DNA of 64,000 nucleotides from an uncultured Mycoplasmatota bacterium (GTDB lineage Bacteria; Bacillota_I; Bacilli_A; RF39; UBA660): NCBI GenBank assembly GCA_900546715.1, contig UREA01000001.1, positions 9,141 to 73,140 of the forward strand, read 5' to 3'. Shown piece by piece: positions 9,527 to 17,445 of this stretch (position 1 is its first letter; each line of letters starts with the position of its first letter). The notes under the pieces were generated by a model. It saw only the letters and a program-made list of their open reading frames with translations, ran no database searches and was not told where the DNA came from. The position numbers and the translations under genes were made by a program.

Positions 9527-9551
9527 AGCCAAACCGCATATAGATTTGGCT
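9527..9551 (-). terminator. Rho-independent terminator after the MBL hydrolase gene
   Basis: Minus strand AGCCAAATC-loop-GGTTTGGCT followed by ATTTTGTTG. Confidence 0.5.
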
Positions 9552-9558
9552 AAATATT

Positions 9559-10191
9559 TTATTTCATTAGAATATTACATTCTATATCTTTATTAATAAA
9601 ATTTTTAAAATTAATAGCATCTTCTTTAGTACCTACAATTAAACCATAATGAATTGGTACAACTACTTTAGGTTTAATTTCATTAACTAACTCTGCTGCT
9701 TCCAAAGGATTCATTGTATATGTTCCTCCGATAGGAACAAATGCTACATCACATGAAACTTTTCTATTTTCTTCAGTAATATCAGTATCACCAGCAATAT
9801 AATAAGTTGTATTGTCTTTTTTTATTATATAACCCACCCAATTATTATCTTTAGGATGAAAATTCTTATTCGTGTTATATGCCGGAATTGTTTTAAAATT
9901 AATTCCAAGAACATTATATTCTCCACTTGGTTTTACAACTATTATATGTTCTTTATCAAAACCAAATTCTAGTGCTTTTATTTCTAAATCACTAGGTATT
10001 ACAATTATAGTATTATCCTTTATTACTTTCTTTAAATCATCTTCTGAATAATGATCATAATGACTATGAGTAATAAATACTATATCAGCATCATTATAAT
10101 CTTTATTTATTTTGTATGGATCAAAATAAATAACTAACCCTTTATTAATTTTAATACTACTATGAATTAATACTTCAACATTATCTAACAT
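9559..10191 (-). CDS. MBL-fold metallo-hydrolase
   Basis: 210 aa with HxHxDH motif (ITHSHYDHYS). Confidence 0.8.
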   Translation of the reverse strand: MLDNVEVLIHSSIKINKGLVIYFDPYKINKDYNDADIVFITHSHYDHYSEDDLKKVIKDNTIIVIPSDLEIKALEFGFDKEHIIVVKPSGEYNVLGINFKTIPAYNTNKNFHPKDNNWVGYIIKKDNTTYYIAGDTDITEENRKVSCDVAFVPIGGTYTMNPLEAAELVNEIKPKVVVPIHYGLIVGTKEDAINFKNFINKDIECNILMK

Positions 10192-10213
10192 AAAATCATC
10201 TCTTTCTTAACTT

Positions 10214-11986
10214 GGTATTGTGAAAAGTTATATACTTTTCACTACCTATATTTCCTTTCTTTATCGAGAATAATTAACATTTTTGTTAATCACCTCTATT
10301 TTTATCAATTTTATCTATTAAAAAATGACAGATACCTGTATAATAATTTTAGACAATATAGAAAGAAGGTATCTGTCATGTCTAAAATTTTATCACTTAT
10401 TGTTCAAATTTTAAATACTTTTAATAAATTTATTTGGAAAATTATTAAATTTTTATCCAAATACATAGAAATTGATGATATTAATCACAATAATAATGAT
10501 ATTGCCAATATTAAATATCGTAGATTTAATGTCGATTCTACACCACCCATTATTGAACCTTTTGTAAGCATTGAACACAAAGATTATAAACAACTTATTA
10601 AAAATAATAACATTAAACCTGTAAACCGTCGTAATGGTAAACAAATAACTATTAATATTAATTGTCCTTGCTGTGGTGCTCCTAAAGAATATCTTTACGA
10701 TAATAATGGTAAATCAACTCAATTTGAATGCAAAGTCTGTTCTTTTATCTTTTCTAATAATTCTAACAAAGCTAAAGATATTATATTAAAATGTCCTCAT
10801 TGCCAACACTGTTTGGACCATAAACATGAAAGAAAAGATTTTGATGTTTATATTTGTCCAAATTATAAATGCCCTTATTATATTAAAAACAAAAACAAGT
10901 TATCTAAAGAGGACAAAAAACTATATAAATCTAATCCTTCGGCATTTTCTTTGCATTATTCTTATCGCAAATATAATATCACTATCCCCGAGCTTCAAGA
11001 AGATTATCGTAATTTTATTAAATCTCCAGTTGATTTAACTAAAATCTATTCTTCTGATCATATTGTTGGATTATGCCTTACTTATCATGTTAATTATAGT
11101 CTATCTTATCGTCAAACAGCTTCTATATTAGCTGATGTTCACGGTGTCTTTATTTCTTATAGGACTGTTGAAAATTATTGTAAAGCTGTTTCTTGTTTAG
11201 TTCAACCACTTTTAGAATATTATCCTTATGATTTATCTAATCAAATTGCTGCTGATGAAACTTATATCAAGATAAAAGGAATAACTAATTACATTTTCTT
11301 CTTCTTTGATGCTATAAAGAAAATCATAACTTCCTATAGAGTTTTTTCTAAAAGAGATTCTTTATCTGCAATTCAAGCTTCTTATTCTACTCTTTCTAAA
11401 TATAATGAAATTCCTGATAGTCTAAAGTTTATTACTGATGGAAATCCCATTTATAATGTTGCTCACGAATATTGGAGACAACATGGTTATAATTTTGATT
11501 TGCATCAGGTTATTGGACTTTCTAATAAAGATGAAATTTCTAAAGAGTATCGTAGTCAAAAGCAAATTATTGAAAGACTTAATAGAACACTTAAATATTA
11601 TTATAGACCTAAAGGTGGTTTTAATTCCCTTGATGATGCTAATAATTATATGGTTCTTTTTGCTACTTGCTTTAATTTCTTAAGACCTCATTATGCTCTT
11701 AAATATAAAGTTCCTGTAGAAATTCCCGCTATTCAAGAATTACCTAATATGCCTGCGAAATGGCTTAAACTTATAGAACTTTCTGCTGAATATATGATTA
11801 AATAATTTCTTTTTTATTTAATATATTCTAATCTTTTTAGCATGCAATAATTTCCATTTTTATCATCTTTTTCTAATAATTATTATCTGTATTTCAAAGA
11901 ACAATATCTATTTATAACATCTTCTGATGTTATAACCATTATTTTTTCATTTGGGATTAGTTTTCCATAAAACTTTTCCCACTACC
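10214..11986 (+). mobile_element. IS6-family insertion sequence (1773 bp)
   Basis: Terminal inverted repeats GGTATTGTGAAAAGTTATAT (10214-) and GGTAGTGGGAAAAGTTTTAT (reverse complement of -11986), 17/20 identical and starting GG as in IS26-like IRs. Perfect 8-bp direct repeat CTTAACTT at 10206-10213 and 11987-11994. Single DDE transposase ORF. Confidence 0.85.
10378..11805 (+). CDS. IS6-family DDE transposase with N-terminal zinc-ribbon extension
   Basis: 475 aa. CxxC pairs (CPCCGAP, CKVCSF, CPHCQHC, CPNYKCPYY), then a DDE_Tnp_IS240-like core (AADETYIKIKG ... ITDGNPIYN ... IERLNRTLKYYYRPKGGF). Confidence 0.85.
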   Translation: MSKILSLIVQILNTFNKFIWKIIKFLSKYIEIDDINHNNNDIANIKYRRFNVDSTPPIIEPFVSIEHKDYKQLIKNNNIKPVNRRNGKQITININCPCCGAPKEYLYDNNGKSTQFECKVCSFIFSNNSNKAKDIILKCPHCQHCLDHKHERKDFDVYICPNYKCPYYIKNKNKLSKEDKKLYKSNPSAFSLHYSYRKYNITIPELQEDYRNFIKSPVDLTKIYSSDHIVGLCLTYHVNYSLSYRQTASILADVHGVFISYRTVENYCKAVSCLVQPLLEYYPYDLSNQIAADETYIKIKGITNYIFFFFDAIKKIITSYRVFSKRDSLSAIQASYSTLSKYNEIPDSLKFITDGNPIYNVAHEYWRQHGYNFDLHQVIGLSNKDEISKEYRSQKQIIERLNRTLKYYYRPKGGFNSLDDANNYMVLFATCFNFLRPHYALKYKVPVEIPAIQELPNMPAKWLKLIELSAEYMIK

Positions 11987-12031
11987 CTTAACTTAATTAT
12001 AACATTAATTAAAGAAAAAAAGTAGTATACA

Positions 12032-12155
12032 CTACTCAATTCTAAATGGATTATCAATTGAACCATCACCAGAGACATAGGTAACATTGGAGTTGAGATA
12101 GAAAACAGGCCTTATAATATAAACATCAGTATCAGCATATACCCCATGAGAGTTT
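12032..12155 (-). pseudogene. Orphan 3' fragment of a paralog of the FN3 surface protein gene (41364-43124)
   Basis: Own translation ...NSHGVYADTDVYIIRPVFYLNSNVTYVSGDGSIDNPFRIE* aligns with the C-terminus ...HAVRPTFYLNSDVEYASGSGTISDPIRIKID* of the 586-aa protein. The terminator hairpin is retained (12021-12036 plus T-run). No upstream coding sequence. Confidence 0.6.
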
Positions 12156-12211
12156 ATGTAAAATTAGTAATATTTCTATTGATTGGATTTTAGGAAGAAT
12201 ATAATTTTCTT

Positions 12212-12280
12212 TATCGAATTTTGATATGTTTTGTCGAATCATGTCGAAGTGCTTGCAAATAAAAAAATAACAGCTATAAT
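12212..12280 (+). promoter_or_regulatory. Spo0A-box array plus sigma-A promoter of small-ORF module B
   Basis: TATCGAA (12212-12218), TGTCGAA (12232-12238), TGTCGAA (12242-12248), then TTGCAA (12253-12258), 16 nt, TATAAT (12275-12280). Near-identical to 7149-7217. Confidence 0.55.
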
Positions 12281-12370
12281 AGATAACTGTTATCTGTATT
12301 TGGGATAGCTCTGCTAGTCCATTTCTTTCTCCTCCTCTAAAAGGATTATGAAAGTAAAGGGGATGATGCG

Positions 12371-12457
12371 ATGAACGAAGAACATTTCGTTCAATTAGTC
12401 ATAGTTATTGTTCTTATCATCCTTGGCAAGGACAATAATAAAGACGCTAACAATTAA
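12371..12457 (+). CDS. Small ORF (28 aa), candidate type I toxin (hydrophobic helix plus charged tail), module B
   Basis: MNEEHFVQLVIVIVLIILGKDNNKDANN with AAGGGGA 7 nt upstream. A CUCCUCCUC anti-SD-like tract in the leader (12328-12338). 3' end overlapped by a convergent antisense unit. Confidence 0.45.
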   Translation: MNEEHFVQLVIVIVLIILGKDNNKDANN

Positions 12458-12512
12458 AAGTAGCGTCACCATCTAATTTGGTAGGCGTTTCCTGAATACA
12501 GGTAACACTTAC
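12434..12512 (-). ncRNA. Candidate cis-antisense sRNA (antitoxin-like), module B
   Basis: Minus strand: TTGTAA (12547-12542), 17 nt, TATATT (12524-12519). Terminator GACGCTA-loop-TAGCGTC (12467-12443) followed by TTTATTATT. Overlaps the stop-codon region of the small ORF. Confidence 0.35.
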
Positions 12513-12666
12513 ATATATAATATACCAAAATTTAAAATAAATTACAATATTTTTTAATTTGCTTTTTTATATAAATGGTCGAATTTTCAATTAACCATGA
12601 ATTACATATACGAATGCTGTTGACAAAGGATTTTTTATTAAATAATCTATTTTCATTGGACTCCTT

Positions 12667-13557
12667 TTACTTTATATTTTCTTTTAGAAATTCTATTCTT
12701 TTTTGCATACTATCTTTAGTTATTTTGCTTTTTAAGATAATATCATAACCATGAACAGTTCCTTTAGTTTTTACTAATTTTACATTAGTGTTTTTTTCTT
12801 TTAATCTATTATAATAATTAATTCCTTCATCATGCAAAGGATCAAATTCCGCAATTTCAATATAAGTATTAGGAATATTATTTTTTAGAGTGGCTTGCAT
12901 TGGTGATGCTTCTATTTTTTCATAATCATTAAGGTTTTTCAAAAACATTTGCCACATTTTTTTGTTATTTTTGCTATTCCACATTGGTGTATTATAATAC
13001 TTTTTCATAGACTTTGTTTCCGTCATGGCATCAGTGCCTGGATATATTAACATTTGCGCACAGATAGAATCTAGCGCATTTGTTACATAAGTGGCTAATA
13101 TAGCACCAGCACTATCTCCCCCGATGATAATTTTTTCTTTATTTATTCCTAATTTTTCATAATTTTTTATAACCCATTCATAGGTATTTATGGCATCTTC
13201 TTTTATTTCCTTATAAGTATATTTTGGTAGTAGTCGATAATCCGGAAAAATGACTTTTAGTTTAGCATATTTAGCATAAATTGCTACTCTTTTCTTGTGA
13301 AAGGGAGAAGCCTTATAACCAAATCCACCGCCATGAAAATATATTAAACAAGGTAAATCATCATTACTATTTTTAGGTTCAAATACATATGTTTTTATAT
13401 TATTGTTAAAATATTTTTTTATTTTAACATCTTTAGAAATGGGAGTTAATGCAAATAATATAGTTAATGGTATTCTAGATAATGATATAGTAAATTTATT
13501 AAATGGTATTTTAATAAATTTACATAAGAAAAAGTCTTTATTAATATTATATTTCAT
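12667..13557 (-). CDS. Alpha/beta hydrolase, HSL-type esterase/lipase family
   Basis: 296 aa. Oxyanion motif HGGGF (IYFHGGGFGY) and nucleophile elbow GDSAG (IIGGDSAGA). Confidence 0.85.
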   Translation of the reverse strand: MKYNINKDFFLCKFIKIPFNKFTISLSRIPLTILFALTPISKDVKIKKYFNNNIKTYVFEPKNSNDDLPCLIYFHGGGFGYKASPFHKKRVAIYAKYAKLKVIFPDYRLLPKYTYKEIKEDAINTYEWVIKNYEKLGINKEKIIIGGDSAGAILATYVTNALDSICAQMLIYPGTDAMTETKSMKKYYNTPMWNSKNNKKMWQMFLKNLNDYEKIEASPMQATLKNNIPNTYIEIAEFDPLHDEGINYYNRLKEKNTNVKLVKTKGTVHGYDIILKSKITKDSMQKRIEFLKENIK

Positions 13558-13649
13558 ATTTTACTCCTAAATCTATTTAAATTATAACATTTATTTAAAT
13601 AAAAACATAGTATTAATCTACTATGTGACATGTTCTAAATTACCTATTA

Positions 13650-14083
13650 TTTTATAAATATATCTTTAAAATTATTATAATCATCTAAATAAACTTCTAT
13701 ATCCTCAAATTTAGTATCTTCTAGAAAACAAATAGTAAAATTATTTTCACCATTATATTCTATACATTTGGCATTTTGACTATTGCCAGACTAATCATAA
13801 AAATAAGCATTTTTATCAATATATTATTTTGCCTCTTTTTCTTCAATAATTTTTTTCACCAAATTAACTATTCCATTATTTGTTGTGGCATTAACTGTGA
13901 TTGTACCAACCAATAAAAATGTACAAATACATAGTACAAAAGCAATTTTTTCTTTTTGCTATTTCTTTTTATTTCTTCATTTAAAAATTTATTATATGTA
14001 TTTTTAATTATATTATCAATTATTTTATAAACATAATTACTATATTTTTCTATAATCAAATTTATATCATCTTCCAACATCAC
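13650..14083 (-). pseudogene. Decayed gene for a membrane-anchored protein (frameshift plus stops)
   Basis: ORF 13868-14083 ends in nonsense. A shift in the A-rich tract near 13950 restores KIAFVLCICTFLLVGTITVNATTNNGIVNLVKKIIEEKEAK* (TM anchor). Further downstream pieces (..NAYFYD*SGNSQNAKCIEYNGENNFTICFLEDTKFEDIEVYLDDY..) are interrupted by stops. Confidence 0.35.
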
Positions 14084-14166
14084 TACCTCCTTAAAACTAA
14101 TTCATTATAAAGATGTTTTAATTTATAAAAAAGTCACAAAAAAAAGAACAAATTAAATAAATTGTT

Positions 14167-14664
14167 CTATGTATCAAATTCATAATAATAAAAATAATTA
14201 GTATCAGTGTCATATAAAACAATAGTAAAATTAAAGGAATATCTATCAAATAAATCTTCATCACTATGGATATCTGTTGCTTCATCGCTTCTATCTATAA
14301 ATAAATAATAACCGTTTTTTATTTCAGAAATTCCCATATCTAGAGCTAGTTCATAACTATAATAAGCTCTATCTTTATATCCCCCATACATAATTAAATC
14401 TAAATTTCTAGAAAAAGGTAACTCTTGCCAAGAATCTAATTGCTTTATAAAATCATCAGAACACTTTGTCTTAACAAAATAATATCCATCTCCAAGCAAA
14501 CCACCATGAGTATCATTATCAATTAAAATAGAACATGAAGAAATATCTACTCCGATTTCTTTTTTTATATAGTCATCAGTAAATACTTGTAATAATGATT
14601 TTAATAATTCCCAAGCTATAATTCCTAAAACAATATATAAACTAATTTTAAAATACTTATTCAT
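14167..14664 (-). CDS. Hypothetical membrane-anchored protein
   Basis: 165 aa, N-terminal TM (ISLYIVLGIIAWELL). No recognisable motif. Confidence 0.5.
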   Translation of the reverse strand: MNKYFKISLYIVLGIIAWELLKSLLQVFTDDYIKKEIGVDISSCSILIDNDTHGGLLGDGYYFVKTKCSDDFIKQLDSWQELPFSRNLDLIMYGGYKDRAYYSYELALDMGISEIKNGYYLFIDRSDEATDIHSDEDLFDRYSFNFTIVLYDTDTNYFYYYEFDT

Positions 14665-14671
14665 AAAACTC

Positions 14672-14923
14672 CTAATACTTTATATGTTCAATCATTTTAA
14701 CAATTAAAACAATTAATAATATTACACCAAGAGCTATTACTAAACACCCGATAAAGGTAGAATCTCTAAATAAAAGAACACCTAAAATAATTATGCCAAT
14801 TAAAACTAATGCTAATATAATAGCTAGTATAATTCTAATTACAAGAGGAATCTTTTTATTTGGTAGGGCATCAATACTACCATCTAGTAACAATTCTAAT
14901 ATAAGTTCAATAAATTCATCCAT
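14672..14923 (-). CDS. Hypothetical small membrane protein (2 TM)
   Basis: 83 aa, two hydrophobic helices, RBS AGGAAGG upstream. Confidence 0.5.
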   Translation of the reverse strand: MDEFIELILELLLDGSIDALPNKKIPLVIRIILAIILALVLIGIIILGVLLFRDSTFIGCLVIALGVILLIVLIVKMIEHIKY

Positions 14924-15047
14924 ACAAACCTTCCTAAATTTAATTATAATAAATTTCTTGTTAAATTAATTATATCATATTTTTTAATAAATAAAAAAAT
15001 ATACAATAATCATTATGAATATTATATATTTTTTCAACTATTTTTAT

Positions 15048-15141
15048 AAAATTGCATGTTTTTGGCACCACTTTTCGACCAAAAATGCATTTTTTCGGCA
15101 CCACTTTTTGATTAAAATTGCATGTTTTTGGCACCACTTTT
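15048..15141. repeat. Three tandem ~28-bp units at 33-bp period
   Basis: AAAATTGCATGTTTTTGGCACCACTTTT at 15048-15075 and 15114-15141 (identical); AAAAATGCATTTTTTCGGCACCACTTTTT at 15081-15109. Intergenic, overlapping the stop of the 15140-15985 gene. Confidence 0.8.
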
Positions 15142-15985
15142 AGTTTTTGGCTATTTTTTTCATATTTTTACTAGCATTAATTATCATATATAAAGACATT
15201 AGAAAGTTAATTAAACAAACCACAAAGCCTAAAGCTCCAGTCATTGTCATTTTAAGTGAAGAATCATCACCAAACTTACTAATCATAGCTACTTCTAGAG
15301 AAATCATAGCAACCATAGCTACAGTTAAATTAATAAATTTACTAGCTTGTAATACTGGACTTGCATTTTTACGATAATTTATAGCATTAATAATTGCTAC
15401 AATAATTAAATAAAAATCATACAAAGCAACAATATATATAATTGAACCGGCATAAGTTATTTCTTGATTATTATGAATTATTAAAATGATTATACCAACT
15501 AAAACTATGTTAAGAAGCAATAAAACAATTCCACATCTTTTTAATTTTTTATATTCTTGTAACTTATTAACTCCAAATTCTTTTATATTATGAACTAAAG
15601 ACAAACGCATTATAAATAAAAGTAAATAATAAATAGCAAAGGTGATAAACCAAACAGAACCATAATACACTCCAACACAAAAATTAAATATAGAATAACT
15701 AACATTTAGAGCTGTTGAAAAATAAATACTTGTTTTAGTTACAGTTGTATAATTACTTTGATATAATTGATATAATTTGGTATTTTTTAAAAAATTATTA
15801 CTAAATTTACAAGCCTTGCAAAACCAGACAATAAATATAATTAAAGCATAAGTTGATAAAAGATAAGTAATATATGCTAGTGGTGTATCTTCTAAATGTC
15901 TTACAAAAACATAAATAAGCAATATAAAACTTAAATTAAATATTATAAAACCAAGTATTTTACTGGGATTAAAAAATTTCTTCAT
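15140..15985 (-). CDS. Hypothetical polytopic membrane protein
   Basis: 281 aa with about 7 hydrophobic segments. No motif recognised. Confidence 0.55.
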   Translation of the reverse strand: MKKFFNPSKILGFIIFNLSFILLIYVFVRHLEDTPLAYITYLLSTYALIIFIVWFCKACKFSNNFLKNTKLYQLYQSNYTTVTKTSIYFSTALNVSYSIFNFCVGVYYGSVWFITFAIYYLLLFIMRLSLVHNIKEFGVNKLQEYKKLKRCGIVLLLLNIVLVGIIILIIHNNQEITYAGSIIYIVALYDFYLIIVAIINAINYRKNASPVLQASKFINLTVAMVAMISLEVAMISKFGDDSSLKMTMTGALGFVVCLINFLMSLYMIINASKNMKKIAKN

Positions 15986-16021
15986 ATTTAATAACTAAAA
16001 AGAAAAGAAAGTTTTATCTTT

Positions 16022-16417
16022 CTATTCCTTAACCCCTTTAATATAAGAATATATTGGATAGTTAAGTACACATACAAGTAAGCCTACAATACCAGTTATA
16101 ATGCCTACAATCATATCAGTTTTAGTAGCGGTATCAATCATTACTCGGCTCATACCAAAGCCCATAACTAAGGCTCCAACTACACCGATAATCCAAGTTG
16201 CCACAATTCCCCAGTTAATTTTACCACTCATTTTTCTTGGATGATGCTTCCGATAAATTGGAATTATACAAAGTAAAACTATAAAACCAATAATAGCAAC
16301 AACTACTCCAGCATTAAATAAATCCCATTCTGGTATTAGCGTCATACACATACCAATTGCAAATATTAACCCACCAATAGATCCTAATATTATTTCTAAT
16401 AAAGTATCTTTTTTCAT
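16022..16417 (-). CDS. Hypothetical membrane protein (4 TM)
   Basis: 131 aa. Tightly linked to 16427-16666 and divergent from a TetR gene. Confidence 0.55.
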   Translation of the reverse strand: MKKDTLLEIILGSIGGLIFAIGMCMTLIPEWDLFNAGVVVAIIGFIVLLCIIPIYRKHHPRKMSGKINWGIVATWIIGVVGALVMGFGMSRVMIDTATKTDMIVGIITGIVGLLVCVLNYPIYSYIKGVKE

Positions 16418-16426
16418 AACTCCCTC

Positions 16427-16666
16427 CTATTTTTCTTCTCTTTCTTTTTGTTCGCTTTTTAATCTTTCTTTAGCTTCTTCAACAGTTTCACCATCTTTGG
16501 TTAAAAATTCTGATACGAATTTATCTTCGATTTTAGTATAGCCTTTAACAACACCATCACTCATTTTGTTAAAACCTTCGACAACTCCATCGCTCATCTT
16601 TTTAAAACCAGTTGTAACTCCTTCAGCTATTTTTTCATTAGCTTGAACAATTTTAGATTTTGCCAT
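16427..16666 (-). CDS. Small hydrophilic protein with internal repeat
   Basis: 79 aa. Repeat GFKKMSDGVVEGFNKMSDGVVKGY. RBS GGAGG upstream. Confidence 0.5.
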   Translation of the reverse strand: MAKSKIVQANEKIAEGVTTGFKKMSDGVVEGFNKMSDGVVKGYTKIEDKFVSEFLTKDGETVEEAKERLKSEQKEREEK

Positions 16667-16684
16667 TTTTTTACCTCCAATCCA

Positions 16685-16734
16685 TTAAACAACACTTGTC
16701 TGTTTAATACAATTTTAGTATAATATTTTTGAAA
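16685..16734. promoter_or_regulatory. Candidate TetR operator (inverted repeat) overlapping a divergent promoter region
   Basis: TTAAACA-N9-TGTTTAA (16685-16707) just upstream of TATAAT (16729-16734) of the TetR gene. Confidence 0.35.
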
Positions 16735-16784
16735 GTTTATTTCAATCAACAATTTTTAAACATGTGTTGGAATAAAGGAGGATT

Positions 16785-17297
16785 ATGAATAAAGCAAATA
16801 ATAAAAGAAGAAAAGAATCTCAAGAAAAAATAGAAAAAGAATTTGTCCATTTAATTCAAACTAAAGAACTAAATGAAATAACCGTCAGTGAAATATGTAA
16901 AAATACCAAATTAAATCGTTCCACATTTTATGCAAATTACTTAGATATCTATGATTTAGCTGATAAAATAAAAGATAGACTTATAGAAGATGTTACCGAC
17001 CTTTATGAAGATGAACGAACTAAAGGATATAACTCCAATAACTTTACTAAAATATTTTATTTAGTAAAAGAAAATCCTTTATTTTTTAAAACTTACTTTA
17101 AATTAGAAAGCGATATTTTTACTAGTAATCAAAAATATCTTTATGATACTAATCTTTCAAAATTATTTTATAATGACTTATATATCGATTATCATATTGT
17201 CTTTTTTAAAGCTGGATTTAATGCCATATTAAAAAAATGGTTAGATAATGGCTGTATTGAATCACCAGAAGAATTAATGGATATTATTAAAGCATAA
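16785..17297 (+). CDS. TetR/AcrR-family transcriptional regulator
   Basis: 170 aa. N-terminal HTH (ITVSEICKNTKLNRSTFYANYLDIYDL), as in DhaS-like TetR proteins. Confidence 0.8.
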   Translation: MNKANNKRRKESQEKIEKEFVHLIQTKELNEITVSEICKNTKLNRSTFYANYLDIYDLADKIKDRLIEDVTDLYEDERTKGYNSNNFTKIFYLVKENPLFFKTYFKLESDIFTSNQKYLYDTNLSKLFYNDLYIDYHIVFFKAGFNAILKKWLDNGCIESPEELMDIIKA

Positions 17298-17333
17298 TAT
17301 AAAGGTAAAATTAATTAAACAATTCTAGCATTT

Positions 17334-17359
17334 AAAAAGCAACCAATGGGTTGCTTTTT
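17334..17359. terminator. Bidirectional Rho-independent terminator
   Basis: AAAAA-GCAACC-AATG-GGTTGC-TTTTT between convergent genes. Confidence 0.7.
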
Positions 17360-17445
17360 AAAGCGGCACCTAGTGTCTTTGCTCATCTAAGAATTATCTT
17401 AGGCCACATGACCAAAACTATTCATAAATAATTTGTGAAAAATCT

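Noticed and set aside
10453-11683. ORFs 10453-10644 (-), 10826-11038 (+) and 11438-11683 (+) inside the IS element.
   Set aside because: They overlap the 475-aa transposase frame, which carries the zinc-ribbon and DDE motifs. The alternative frames give Ile/Leu/Lys-rich nonsense.
7136-12556. Composite transposon or mobile island bounded by the two direct-repeat modules.
   Set aside because: The interval contains the core gene rarA and has no integrase. The modules lack terminal inverted repeats or target duplications. The only bona fide mobile element inside is the IS6 copy, which has its own duplication.
12575-12640. A third, truncated copy of the module promoter (GGTCGAATTTT ... ACGAATGCTGTTGACA).
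   Set aside because: The similarity is limited to short stretches. There is no TATAAT at the proper distance and no small ORF. It would fire antisense into the esterase gene.
15048-15141. Sigma-54 promoters suggested by the TGGCAC within each repeat; also a CRISPR-like array.
   Set aside because: **Sigma-54:** the GG-N10-GC register fails (TGGCAC-cactt-TTCGA/TTTGA/TTAGT), and the plus-strand orientation points into the 3' end of a convergent gene.

**CRISPR:** the units are separated by only about 5 bp, there are no unique spacers, and there are no cas genes. The 21-bp array at 31491 fails the CRISPR test for the same reasons.
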